Notes: generated by a model from the sequence alone, not told the origin. 64,000 bases of DNA from Nannocystis bainbridge (GCF_028368995.1 NZ_JAQNDL010000001.1:2560001-2624000); one strand, 5' to 3'. Positions 36,262 through 46,490 are shown, counted from the stretch's first letter. Translations and numbers: made by a program.

Positions 36262-37092
36262 TCACTCGGCCCGCGCGCGCCGCTGCTCCGCGCGCCAGGC
36301 CGCCGGCGTGCAGCCGTGCTCGCGGCGGAACAGACGGATGAAGTGCGTGGGGTCGAGGTCGCCGACCCGCCCTGCGATCGCCTCGACCGTCTCGTCGCTG
36401 GTGAGCAGGCGCCGGCGGGCCTCTGCCAGCCGCCCGGCGGCGATCCACTGGTGGGCAGTGCGGCCCGTGGCCCGCCGCAGCGCCGTCGTCACGTACGCCG
36501 GCGAGCGGCCCAGCGCCGCCGCGACGTCGCGCAGCGAGATCGGCGCGAGGCAGCGGCGCTCGATGAACCGCAGCGCCTGCGCCACCACCGGCGCCGCCGA
36601 CGACGGGTCCCCCGCCGGCGCCGCGCGCACGACCTCGGCCAGCACCAGCGTCAACAGGCTGCGCTGCACCTGCGCCTGCAGGGCCGTCGGCGCCTGCGAC
36701 GACTCCTCGCGCAGCTCGGCGATCACCCGCCGCAGGTGCTCCTGACGCGGGCCCGGGATCGGCAGCACCGCGGCCGCGCCGGCCCGCACGCGCTCGAACG
36801 GCTCGAGCAGCGCCGCGTGCTCGGAGGCCGCCAGGTAGACCGGGTCGAAGCCGACGCCCCACGCCTCGGCCCCGCCGCCGCAGATCGTCCGGTGCGCCTC
36901 GCCGGCCGGCACGAGCTGCACGTCCCCGGCCTCGACCCGCACGCGTCCGCGCTGCTCGACCTCGGCGCGGCCGTCGACGTAGAACACCACCGCCGCGAAG
37001 CCGTGCACCACCGGCCGCTGCGGGCCGACGCAGCGGCCCACCTGGTGGTGCCGGACGAACACGGGCCGGTCTTCGCTGCGATCGAGGCGCAT
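36262..37092 (-). CDS. AraC-family transcriptional regulator
   Basis: N-terminal cupin (H-GF...PAGEAH) and C-terminal SLRDVAAALGRS...HFIRLFRREHGCTP. Confidence 0.92.
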   Translation of the reverse strand: MRLDRSEDRPVFVRHHQVGRCVGPQRPVVHGFAAVVFYVDGRAEVEQRGRVRVEAGDVQLVPAGEAHRTICGGGAEAWGVGFDPVYLAASEHAALLEPFERVRAGAAAVLPIPGPRQEHLRRVIAELREESSQAPTALQAQVQRSLLTLVLAEVVRAAPAGDPSSAAPVVAQALRFIERRCLAPISLRDVAAALGRSPAYVTTALRRATGRTAHQWIAAGRLAEARRRLLTSDETVEAIAGRVGDLDPTHFIRLFRREHGCTPAAWRAEQRRARAE

Positions 37093-37104
37093 GCCTCAGG
37101 CGTA

Positions 37105-37138
37105 ATGCAATCCGAATCCACTTGCAACCCGATTGCAT
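37105..37138. promoter_or_regulatory. AT-rich repeat operator candidate upstream of the araC-like gene
   Basis: Inverted repeat ATGCAATC-N18-GATTGCAT, plus the direct repeat TGCAATCCGAAT/TGCAACCCGATT. Confidence 0.45.
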
Positions 37139-37456
37139 AAATACCGCCCACCTGCGACCCGAGCACGAGGATGGCGCCAGGCGGCCGACCCCGGCTCACT
37201 TCCGCGAGCGCGGAGCCGCCGCGAGCTGTCGCCGGCCGGGCGCATCACGGCTCGCAATCCACCGTGCGTCTCACGGTCGGCTTCGCCCTCGCCACGCGCC
37301 GCTCTCGATGACATGTGAGCCGCTGCACGACGCCAGCGCGCCTCGAGGTTCGCGTGCATCGACGGCCCCGCGTGTCCGCACGCCCGCGTGAGCCCGGCGA
37401 CGCGCCGACCCCTGGCGAGCGCCGGCGGGCTTCCGCTATGGTGACCGTCCACTCCC

Positions 37457-38986
37457 ATGTCGACCCGCTGTCTGCTGTTCGTCCCGCTCCTCCTCTCCCT
37501 CGCCTGCGGCGGCAGCGACCCGGGCGCCAGCACCGGCACCGACGATTCGACCTCGACCGGCCCCGGCAATTCGACCGGCACCACCGCCAACCCCGGCCCG
37601 ACCAGCACCAGCGTCGACCCGACCACCTCGAATTCGACGACCGGCAGCCCCACCGGCACCACCACCACCACCGGTGACGACACGACCACGACCTCGAGCC
37701 CCGTCACCTCGACGACGACGAGCACCACCGACGGGCCCGACACGACCACCACCACCGGCGATCCCGACACCACCACCGGCGGCGTGATCGACGGCTTCCT
37801 CATCGGCGTGCACACGGCCGACGTCTCGCCGACCGACGCGCACCTCAACAAGAACGTCTACATGGGCGCCTACGGGGCCCCGTTCACGCGCGGCCCGGCC
37901 CAGGGCGTGCACGACGCCATCTTCGCCCGCAGCTTCGCCATCGAGGGCGACGGCGGCGGCGTGATCATGTCGATCGTCGACCTGCCCGGCATGGGCAACC
38001 AGAACACCCGCGCCGTGCGCCAGAAGGTCGCCGAGCTCACCGGCCTCGACGAGGGCCAGATCCTCGTCGGCACCACCCACAGCCACTCCGCGCCCGACCT
38101 CATGGGCCTGTGGGGCGGCGTGCCCGGCGACTACCGCGACTACATCAACGACGAGATCGCCCACAGCATGGCCGCCGCGTGGGACGCCCGCGTCCCGGCC
38201 ACGCTGGCGGTCGCCACCGTCAAGGCGCCCAACAACAACCGCCGCGGCTGGGGCTTCACCGACGACGACATGACGATCCTCGACGCCAAGGACCTCGACG
38301 GCGAGCGCATCGGCACGCTCGTCAACTTCGCCGCCCACCCGGTGATCCTCGGCGAGGGCAACAAGGAGATCTCGTGCGACTACGTCGGCTACTCGGTCCA
38401 GAAGATCGAGGCGGCCCTCGGCGCGCCCGCCAGCCTGTTCAACGGCGCCCTCGGCGACGCCACGCCCAAGGTCCCCGCCGGCGAGTACCCCGACGATTTC
38501 GCCCGCGCCCAGGCCTACGGCGAGCTGCTCGCCGACCTCGCCATCGCCGCCGTCGAGACCGCCGAGCCGGTCGAGGGCTCGCTGGTGTGGTCGCACACCG
38601 AGTGGGAGCAGGGCGTCGACAACCTGCTGTTCCAGCTGGCCGCCGGGCTCGGGATCCTCCAGTTCGACTTCGAGTCGATGGGCCTGTCGCAGGTCGTCAC
38701 CACCCAGAGCACCTACTTCCGCCTCGGCACCCAGATCCAGGGCGTGGCCTTCCCCGGCGAGTCGCTGACCCGCAACGGCCTGGCGATCAAGGAGACCATG
38801 AAGGCCCCGCACAAGCTGATCCTCGGCAACACCGGCGACGCCCTCGGCTACTTCATCCCCAGCGACGAGTGGCAGACCGGCAAGAACGACAACTACGAGG
38901 AGACGGTGTCCCTCGGCAAGACCGCCGGCGACACCGCCCGCAACAAGATCAACGCCCTGGTCACCGCCGACAACGCCAACTTCTGA
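37457..38986 (+). CDS. Lipoprotein with Thr-rich linker and neutral/alkaline ceramidase-like domain
   Basis: Lipobox LSLAC, THSHSAP metal motif, NFAAHP and GYFIP...YEE. Confidence 0.8.
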   Translation: MSTRCLLFVPLLLSLACGGSDPGASTGTDDSTSTGPGNSTGTTANPGPTSTSVDPTTSNSTTGSPTGTTTTTGDDTTTTSSPVTSTTTSTTDGPDTTTTTGDPDTTTGGVIDGFLIGVHTADVSPTDAHLNKNVYMGAYGAPFTRGPAQGVHDAIFARSFAIEGDGGGVIMSIVDLPGMGNQNTRAVRQKVAELTGLDEGQILVGTTHSHSAPDLMGLWGGVPGDYRDYINDEIAHSMAAAWDARVPATLAVATVKAPNNNRRGWGFTDDDMTILDAKDLDGERIGTLVNFAAHPVILGEGNKEISCDYVGYSVQKIEAALGAPASLFNGALGDATPKVPAGEYPDDFARAQAYGELLADLAIAAVETAEPVEGSLVWSHTEWEQGVDNLLFQLAAGLGILQFDFESMGLSQVVTTQSTYFRLGTQIQGVAFPGESLTRNGLAIKETMKAPHKLILGNTGDALGYFIPSDEWQTGKNDNYEETVSLGKTAGDTARNKINALVTADNANF

Positions 38987-38994
38987 GCCCCGGC

Positions 38995-39060
38995 GCACCT
39001 GCACCTTTGGACATGCCCGATCGAGCCTGCCCGTTCGGACATGCTCGATCGGACATGACC
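38995..39060. repeat. 14-bp-period array, 5 units
   Basis: CCTG 38998, CATG 39012, CCTG 39026, CATG 39040 and CATG 39054 in a convergent junction. Confidence 0.85.
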
Positions 39061-39073
39061 CACCCTCGCCCGC

Positions 39074-39625
39074 CTAGCCCGGCACGCGCGCGGGCCGGCC
39101 GTCCGGGGGCGTCGGCGCGACCACGCGGAACGTGACGCGCACGCGGTCGATGTGGCCGTCGCCGTCGGCCACGGAGATCGGCAGGACCCAGTCGCCCGGC
39201 TCGGAGAGATCGAGCGCGAGGGTCCACTGCGTCCCCTCGGAGTTGGTCGGCCAGCCCTCGGGGAAGAACGCCGAGGCGGTCGCCCCGGTCGGCGGGTCGA
39301 CGGCCTCGAACGTCAGCATCAGCGGGTAGGTCGGCGTCTCCATCGTGGACTCGTCGTCGTCGTCCATGAAGTCCGGCCCCGTGCGCACGTCGAGGGCGAC
39401 CCGCGTCCGCCCCGGCACCGACGGCCAGGCGAAGTTGCTGTTGGGGAACGGCGAGAACTCGAGCACGTAGAGCCCCTCGTCGGTCTCGATCGGCCGCCCC
39501 GCGACCACGTACTGGACCGACATGTCCGGCTCGCCCCCCGGGGCCGGCTCCGTCGGCGGAGCGCACCCGCCCGTCATCAGCAGCCCCGCGATCGTGCAAC
39601 CCATCAGCCCGCCGAAGTTCGACAT
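39074..39625 (-). CDS. Hypothetical lipoprotein (Ig-like/YtkA-like C-terminus)
   Basis: AGGAGG RBS, MSNFGGLMGCTIAGLLMTGGC and the C-terminal LSEPGDWVL pattern. This is the real part of the 1143-aa ORF call. Confidence 0.75.
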   Translation of the reverse strand: MSNFGGLMGCTIAGLLMTGGCAPPTEPAPGGEPDMSVQYVVAGRPIETDEGLYVLEFSPFPNSNFAWPSVPGRTRVALDVRTGPDFMDDDDESTMETPTYPLMLTFEAVDPPTGATASAFFPEGWPTNSEGTQWTLALDLSEPGDWVLPISVADGDGHIDRVRVTFRVVAPTPPDGRPARVPG

Positions 39626-39855
39626 ACGACCTCCTGCCGCCAAGCGTAGCCCGCGAGCCGGCGACGACCACCCGCAGCGCTTGCGCGGGCCGGCCCCGCC
39701 GCCGGTAGGAATTGCTCGCAGCCGGCCAAGACGACCGGGCGAGCGACGATATGTCCCGAGAGACATATGACAGATTCCAGCGGGCCCGGCTCGTGACATG
39801 TCTCCATGGACATGTCCTTCGCGCCCTGTCCGCCTGCCCCTCGGGACAGGCGGGC

Positions 39856-41310
39856 TCAGGAGATGTCGTGCTTCTTCAGCAGCCGCTTGAGCTGGTCGCG
39901 GCTGCGCAGCCCGAGCTCGCGCCAGGCCCGGTCGCGCACCCCGCCGACGCGGGCCAGCGCGGCGACGATCTGCTCGCGCGACAGCTCGCGCGGGTCGGTC
40001 GAATCGGCGCTGGCGGCGGTCGGCGGCGGGGTAGCCGGGCGGACCACAAAATCGGCCGGCAGGTCGAGCAGCGAGCCCGAGCTGGTGGCGATCGCCCGCC
40101 ACAGCAGCTCGGTCAGCTCGCGGGTGTGGGCGCTGAAGCGATGGTGCGCCAGCGCCACCACCAGGCGGGCACCGAGCACCGGCTCGCCGCCGACGAAGAA
40201 GCGCTCGGCGATCGCCGGGTCGCGGGCCGCGAACCCGCGCAGCAGGTGCCGCGCCACCAGCACCACGTCCTCCGGTCGCTCGCCGAAGCCGGGCACGCCG
40301 ACGCGGTGGGCGAAGCGGGCCAGGAAGTCGTGCTTGAGCTCGCCGGGCTGGCGGTTGGTGGCCGCCAGCACGCGCACGTCGGCGGCGCGCATCGACGAGT
40401 CGCCGAGGCGCTGGTACTCGCCGCTGTCCATCACCCGCAGCAGGCTCGCCTGCAGCGTCTCCGACAGCTCGCCGATCTCGTCGAGGAACAGCGACGAGCG
40501 GTCGGCGTCGCCGAACAGCCCGCTGCGATCGGGCGTGCCCGGGCTCGGATAGTCCTTGAGGTTGCCGAACAGCTCGGGGTCGATCAGCCGCTCGGGGATC
40601 GTCGCCGCGTTGCGGGCGATCAGCGGCCGCGCGCCGCGGCTCGAGGCGGCGTGGATCGCCCGCACCACCAGCTCCTTGCCGGCCCCGCTCGGCCCCTCGA
40701 CCAGCACGTGCCCGTCGCGCTGGGCCAGGAACAGGATCTGCTGGCGCAGCAGCCACGCCGCCGGCGACTCGCCGACCAGCCCGAACCGGTCGACCGTGCC
40801 GAACGGGAACACGTCGGGCCAGCCGCCCGGCCGCGGCCAGTCGAGCGGCCGCCGCGTCACCAGCAGCACGAACCGACCGACCGCCTCGATCGTGTCGCCG
40901 GGCGCGACCGCGGCCTCGCGGGTCGGCTGGTCGTTGATCCGCAGCTCGCCCTTGCCGATGCCCTCGACCGCCAGCTCGTCGCCCTGCTCGAGCGTGATGC
41001 GGATCTGCCAGCGCGACACCCGGGCCGCCTGGAACGGCCCGCGCTCCTCGCTCGAGAACGGCCGCAGCCGCCGCAGCGTCAGCGGCAGCGAGCCGTCCTC
41101 GTAGCTCTCGATCGCCCGCCCGAGCGTGAAGCTCATGCCCCGCGCCGTCGGCGGCAGCACCACGACCTCGCCGACCCGCTCCGGCTCGTCGTGCGACCAC
41201 AACACCACCAGCGCCGGCGCGAACCGCTGCGGCGCCGTGAAGTCGCGGTCGTAGACGATCTCCGCCGTCTCCGACAGCGTCGACTCGTGCGGTTGTCGTC
41301 GACCCTGCAT
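39856..41310 (-). CDS. FHA-like + sigma54-type AAA+ + Fis-HTH regulator
   Basis: Walker A GPSGAGKE, Walker B LFLDEIGE, VRVLAATN and a C-terminal HTH. The GAFTGA loop is replaced by DYPSPGTP. Confidence 0.88.
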   Translation of the reverse strand: MQGRRQPHESTLSETAEIVYDRDFTAPQRFAPALVVLWSHDEPERVGEVVVLPPTARGMSFTLGRAIESYEDGSLPLTLRRLRPFSSEERGPFQAARVSRWQIRITLEQGDELAVEGIGKGELRINDQPTREAAVAPGDTIEAVGRFVLLVTRRPLDWPRPGGWPDVFPFGTVDRFGLVGESPAAWLLRQQILFLAQRDGHVLVEGPSGAGKELVVRAIHAASSRGARPLIARNAATIPERLIDPELFGNLKDYPSPGTPDRSGLFGDADRSSLFLDEIGELSETLQASLLRVMDSGEYQRLGDSSMRAADVRVLAATNRQPGELKHDFLARFAHRVGVPGFGERPEDVVLVARHLLRGFAARDPAIAERFFVGGEPVLGARLVVALAHHRFSAHTRELTELLWRAIATSSGSLLDLPADFVVRPATPPPTAASADSTDPRELSREQIVAALARVGGVRDRAWRELGLRSRDQLKRLLKKHDIS

Positions 41311-41910
41311 GCTCGTCGGCCGACGTTATGCAGTTCGCCCGCGCGATGCCAGCGGGAAGCGTCCTCCGCACAATGCGCGCTTTCGCCCGACGGGGCCCGC
41401 CGCCCCGCTCGCTGCAATTCCGAACCACAGCCCGGATTACCTCGCGGACACCTGCTCGCCGCACCATCGCCGCCCGTGAGCGATGCGCGCCTCGACCTCT
41501 CGCGCCGGTGCCCCGCCGCCGCCGCCGCTGCGCCGCGCGCCAGCCCTCGGCGCGCGCGGCTCGAGCCGCGGACCCGCGATCCCGCGGCGGCCCGCGGTCA
41601 CCATCGCCGGGGTCGTCACCGCCCGTCCGCTCGCCACCCGCCCGCCGTCGCCGCGCTGCCCGCCCGCGAGGGCGACGCACGGGACGAACGGCTTCCGCCC
41701 GCCGCCGGGCGTCCCGTGGTCGGGCTCGAAGTCGCAGCGCCTGGGCGCCGCCGCGGAGGCCGCGGATCCTCGACCTGGCCGAAAGAGCAGGCCGGCGCTC
41801 GCCGCGGACCCGCGCGCCGCCCCACCCTCGCCCGCCCGCCCGGCCAAGACCGCCGCTCTCCGCTGCGGCGGGACGCCGGCGCTCGCGGCGGTCGTCCGCG
41901 ACGGCCTCGC

Positions 41911-42092
41911 CGGCGTCCTCGGCCTCTATGTCCTTCGGGACAGACCAGCGGACCCGCGCCCCGACGCATCGCCGCCGCTGCTCGACGGCGTCCTCGGCCT
42001 CTATGTCCTTCGGGACAGACCAGCGGACCCGCGCCCCGACGCATCGCCGCCGCTGCTCGACGGCGTCCTCGGCCTCCATGTCCTTCGGGACA
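41911..42092. repeat. 75-bp tandem repeat, about 2.4 copies
   Basis: The unit beginning CGGCGTCCTCGGCCTCTATGTCCTTCGGGACAGACC starts at 41911, 41986 and 42061 (partial). Confidence 0.92.
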
Positions 42093-42428
42093 TCCCACGG
42101 GGTCCTGCCCCCGACGCCCCGACGTCGATCGAACATGGCCCCGGGGACATGTCGATGGCGCCGCCCCGGCGTCCGGCGCTCCGCCGTCACCGCCTCCGCC
42201 GGCCCTCCGCGCCGCTCCCACCGGGCCCGTCGCGGCCGCTCCCCCCGCTGCCGCAGCGTCGCCTGCCATTTTTTTAAGCATGTCTTCTTCGCCATCTCGG
42301 ATCTCCCTCTCGCGCGACGCGAACGACCCGGAGCGCCTGCGCGCCCCGGGCCCCTGGAAGACCGACCGACGGGCGCGCGGCTCGCTCCCTGGCGCGAGCG
42401 CGGCTGTGCGGGCGGTCGGCGGCGGCGG

Positions 42429-42914
42429 TCAGTCGTGCAGGCCGAGCCACATACACACTTCGATGTCGATGAAGATCGGCGTGCTGCCCTGACCGTCGTC
42501 GTCATCGTCGTGGTGGTCGTCCCAGCGCGCCCCCGCGGTGCAGAACGCCGCCCCGTCGCCTTCGCACTGGCTGCGGCAGGTCGCCGCCCGCTCGGCCTGA
42601 CAGGCCCCCAGCGCCGAGGCCGAGCGCGCGCGGTCGCCGAGCGCGTCGAGACACAGCGGCGTCATCGCCTCCGCCGTGCAGCTCGCCAGGCACTGCGGGC
42701 CCTGGTGGATCTCGCAATCATAGTCGCGGTCGACCGCCAGCTGGACCGCGACGCAGATCAGCAGCTCGAACGAATCGTCGTCGCAGCCGTCGCCCCAGCA
42801 GAACTCGGTCGCCGGCGCCGGCGTGGCCAGCGGGCGCGCCTCGCCCTCCGCGGAGATCGCGAACGGGAGGGCGAACGCGAGGAGCGGGGCGAGCATCATC
42901 ATCTTACGCATCAT
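42429..42914 (-). CDS. Secreted Cys-rich protein, paralog A
   Basis: AAAGGA RBS, signal peptide, 12 Cys and the motif CRSQCE..GAAFC. Confidence 0.82.
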   Translation of the reverse strand: MMRKMMMLAPLLAFALPFAISAEGEARPLATPAPATEFCWGDGCDDDSFELLICVAVQLAVDRDYDCEIHQGPQCLASCTAEAMTPLCLDALGDRARSASALGACQAERAATCRSQCEGDGAAFCTAGARWDDHHDDDDDGQGSTPIFIDIEVCMWLGLHD

Positions 42915-43327
42915 GGTGAGTCCTTTCGCAGCGGCGCCGGTGTGCATTCCGGAGCCGCCCCGAATCCTACGCCGACGACCTCGCCGCGCAACCGCGGCCT
43001 GTAGCGACCCGCACGAATGATCATAGTCGTCACACGACTTTCGACATTCAGCCAAAGTCCGCGAGCGCCGAAGACGGCGCCGCCGGGGGCGTCATTCCGA
43101 CGCCCCCGGCCGACTCCGTCCGCAGCGCCCTGCGGCCGCGATGATTCGCCTCGAAACGCGGGGGTGGGCCCCCGCTCCGCCGCGCGCCCGGGCGGACGCC
43201 GAGGCCCCCGACCTGTCCGCACTCCCCAGGACGTCAGGTCGCGCTGGCCCCGGAGCCGCCCGCGACGGGCCCGTCGTCCGCGTGCAGGACGCGGACCCGT
43301 CACGCGCGCGCGCCGGTCCCGGGGCGA

Positions 43328-43843
43328 TTAACCGGCCTCGATGCCGGGGCCGATGCACGCGAGTAGATCGACGAACACCGCCGAATCACCGCCGGCGTAC
43401 GAATCGACGCAGTCCTCGTCCCCCTCCTCGCAACCGGCGAATGCCTGGCTCGGTCGCTCGCGCTCGCAGAACGCGGCCCCGGCGACCTCGCACTGGCTGC
43501 GGCATACCGCCACGGTCTCGGTCTGACAGGCCGCGAGGTCGCGGGGCGTCGCCCGGTCGCCCACCTCGTTCAGGCACCCCTGGCCGACCGCGTCGAACGT
43601 GCAGGAGACCAGGCACGCCGGCCCCTTCCGCACCTCGCACGCGCGGGCCTCGAACCCGAACTGCAGCCCCGCGCACCGCGCGAGGTCGAGCCCGGGCGGC
43701 TCGTCGTCGCTGCAATCGTCGGCCCCGCAAAATTCGGCCTCCGGTAGCTCCGCCGTCGCCGGCCGCGCCGCGGTCACCTGGGACAGCACGAACGGCAATG
43801 CGAACCCAAAAGTAGTCGCTGACACCATGACAAATCGCAGCAT
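43328..43843 (-). CDS. Secreted Cys-rich protein, paralog B
   Basis: AAGGAG RBS, signal peptide and 14 Cys, aligning with paralog A. Confidence 0.82.
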   Translation of the reverse strand: MLRFVMVSATTFGFALPFVLSQVTAARPATAELPEAEFCGADDCSDDEPPGLDLARCAGLQFGFEARACEVRKGPACLVSCTFDAVGQGCLNEVGDRATPRDLAACQTETVAVCRSQCEVAGAAFCERERPSQAFAGCEEGDEDCVDSYAGGDSAVFVDLLACIGPGIEAG

Positions 43844-44258
43844 CTCGTCGCTCCTTCGGTCGCCGGCCATTCGCCGGGACGCATGGTCCGAATATTTCGC
43901 CCCTCGTCCGCGACTGCCACGAGACGGTGTGGAGATGCGCAACCCCGGGGCGACGCCCGCGCCCCCCAGAAGCCCGCGAAAGCCTGCCCATCGCCCGAGG
44001 AACACCGTTATCGCCGAGCGCGGCGCGCTCCGGACGGCGGCTGGGCCGCCCGTGCGGGTCTCCACAATCGCGACCCGAAGCGCACGCTGCCGCAATCGCC
44101 TACATCGGCGACGACCTCGGCGATCGGGCACCTCGCTTTACAAACGGCGATTCGTCGCTCGCGGCTAACCCCGCGGGATCGTTGCCGCGGCGCCGCGGGC
44201 GAGCTCGCCGCCGGAGCCGGCCGCGCACCGCCAACGGTCCTGTGGCGGCCCCTCGCTG

Positions 44259-45722
44259 CTATTTCTTGTCGAGCGACACGGAGCCGACATCGAACACTTC
44301 ACCGGGCTTCATCTCGACCCCCAGGTCCGAGCCCATCGTGATCCGCCACTTGCCCTCGGAGTTGATGGCGATCCCGTACGCGCCGAGCGGCACCTCCGCG
44401 AACGTCCACTCGCCGTTGCTGTCGGTCCTGCCGGCGAACTTGACCGAGCTGTCGGCGCACGGTGACTTGGTGAACATCATGCTCGGGCTCGGGCACAGCT
44501 CGACCTCGATCCCGACCACCGGCTGCCCGCCGCGCAGCAGCTTGCCCTTGAGCCCGCCCGTCTGGATCGGTCCGGCTGTCGGCAGCTCGGCCGGGCCCGC
44601 GCCGGCCACGGCCACGCCGACCACCTCGCCCGACAGCTCCGGCACCGCGCCTGACCGCCATTCGATCTTCGCGTCACCCGGCCCGAGGATCGTCACCCCG
44701 ATCTCGCTCCCGACCCACACCCGCCCCGCCGCGTCGACCGCCAGCGCTCGCACGCCCTCGGACATGTAGTCCTTCTTCCGCCACACCTTCGTGGTCGTCG
44801 GCGTCGAGATCACGAGGTCGAACAGGTTGCGCGCCGCGATCGTGCCATCTGTCCCGAGAGCCAGGTCGCTGTACGACGGGATGCTGCCGCCGCCGAGCTT
44901 GACCGCCACCGCGTCGGCCGGCCCCGGCCCCAGCTTGATCAGCGTCGCCGACGCCAGCGCATAGACCGTCCCGTCGGCCGCGCGCTCGATCCCCTCCATG
45001 AACAGCCGGTCCTTGATCTTCCCCAGGTCGAGCGTGCTCCACGTCCCCCTGTCCTTGACGTGGATCCCGTTCGACGAAGCGACCCACACCTTGCCCGCGC
45101 GGTCGACCGCGATCGCCTTGACCATGTCGTCGCCGGCCCCGATCGTCGCCTTCTCCTCGCGCGTCCACGCCTTGCCGTCCCAGTGCGACACCCCGCCGAA
45201 GCCCGCCACCCACAGGTCGTCGTCGGCGGTCACGAACAGCTCGTCGATCGTCCCGGTCTCCTTGAAGTCGCCGCGCGCGACCTCCTTGAACTCGTCGGCG
45301 GCGAGCGTCGGCAGCTTGTAGATCGTCTCGAACCCGACCACCCACAGCGCCCCGTCGTCGGCGACGTGGAGGTTCTTGATCAGCCTGTCCGGCCCGTTCG
45401 CCAGCGGCGTGAACTTGCCCTGATCGAGCCGCACGATCCCCTTCTTGTCGATGGCGAAGAACGCCGGCCCCGGCACCTGCGGCGCCGGCGGCGACGTCGG
45501 TGTCGGCGTCGCCGCCGGCTCGCCCGGCTCCGCCGGCGGCTCGGCCTTCGTCGCGTCCTTCGTCTCGTCCTTCGCCTCGAGCTTCGCCTCCGGCGCTGGC
45601 GGCGGCGTCGTCTTGCTCACCTGCAGCTCCGGCCTGGCGACGAGCGGCGGGCTCGTGGTCTCGCCGCAGGCCAGCGCGAACGACCCGAACAGCAGCGCGA
45701 GGGACCTGGGGGCTTGTTTCAT
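44259..45722 (-). CDS. Lipoprotein with beta-propeller repeats and a carboxypeptidase-regulatory-like C-domain
   Basis: Lipobox ALAC, repeated AVDxAGxVWV blades and C-terminal TDSNGEWTF...GAY. Confidence 0.82.
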   Translation of the reverse strand: MKQAPRSLALLFGSFALACGETTSPPLVARPELQVSKTTPPPAPEAKLEAKDETKDATKAEPPAEPGEPAATPTPTSPPAPQVPGPAFFAIDKKGIVRLDQGKFTPLANGPDRLIKNLHVADDGALWVVGFETIYKLPTLAADEFKEVARGDFKETGTIDELFVTADDDLWVAGFGGVSHWDGKAWTREEKATIGAGDDMVKAIAVDRAGKVWVASSNGIHVKDRGTWSTLDLGKIKDRLFMEGIERAADGTVYALASATLIKLGPGPADAVAVKLGGGSIPSYSDLALGTDGTIAARNLFDLVISTPTTTKVWRKKDYMSEGVRALAVDAAGRVWVGSEIGVTILGPGDAKIEWRSGAVPELSGEVVGVAVAGAGPAELPTAGPIQTGGLKGKLLRGGQPVVGIEVELCPSPSMMFTKSPCADSSVKFAGRTDSNGEWTFAEVPLGAYGIAINSEGKWRITMGSDLGVEMKPGEVFDVGSVSLDKK

Positions 45723-45923
45723 GGGCGCGCGAGGGTGCCACGACCGCGCCCGCCGCGAGAAGCCCCGAACGCCGCCTCGCAGCGGACGCGGCCGTCCCGT
45801 GTCTGCCTCGAAGGCTGGCGCCGATGTCGTGACGTCGGCGCCGCGTCCGGCGTTCGAGGGTCCGCGGGGGCGAGAAAACCCTGTACCCGCGCCGCGGTGC
45901 GATTGTTGCACCGCACGCCATCG

Positions 45924-46484
45924 ATGCCGCAGTTCAAGCTTCGATCCCGCCACCTGCTCGCCCTTTCCCTCGCCGCCCTCGCCCCTGCCTGCGACCCCGA
46001 GGAGGCCCTGGAGGAGATGGTGGTGTCCTCGGTGCGTCGCCCCTGTGTCGGCCTCGAGCCGATGCTCTGCCTCCGCTACGCCGAGGACGGCGGCGAGTTG
46101 AAGTCCCACTATTCCGGCATCCAGGACTTCACCCACCGCTGGGGCGTCGAGACGCGCCTGCGCTACCACGTCGAGGCCGTCGAAAAACCCGACGCCGACG
46201 CTCCGAGCGAGCACTGGATCGCCGACGAGATCGTCAGCGAAGCGCAGGACCCCGTCGGCACCCGGTACGACTTCAATTTCCATGAGAGCGCGCCGGACAG
46301 CGGCTGGTTCGTGGCCTCGGGCGAGCGGCTGCGCATGATCGACACCGAGGTCGACTGCGCCCCGGCGCTGTGCGCCGAGGTCCTGAGCCGGCTCGCCGCC
46401 AGCACCCCCTTCGCCGCCGGATTCGAGCTCACCGCCGACGAGGCCGTGCCGCTGCGCCTGGTCTCGCTGCAGGACATCCCCTAG
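45924..46484 (+). CDS. DUF4377-like lipoprotein
   Basis: Lipobox APAC and CVGLEPMLCL...YSGIQDFTHRWG...PDADAPS. Confidence 0.75.
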   Translation: MPQFKLRSRHLLALSLAALAPACDPEEALEEMVVSSVRRPCVGLEPMLCLRYAEDGGELKSHYSGIQDFTHRWGVETRLRYHVEAVEKPDADAPSEHWIADEIVSEAQDPVGTRYDFNFHESAPDSGWFVASGERLRMIDTEVDCAPALCAEVLSRLAASTPFAAGFELTADEAVPLRLVSLQDIP

Positions 46485-46490
46485 CCGTTC

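Noticed and set aside
41483-42281. ORFs containing 25-aa repeats from the 75-bp duplication
   Set aside because: All frames give low-complexity Pro/Arg-rich products with no RBS or codon bias, so coding status is unsupported.
39074-42505. 1143-aa minus-strand ORF
   Set aside because: R/A/G-rich off-frame read-through across the Fis-type regulator. Only the last 183 codons, with RBS and lipobox, look real.
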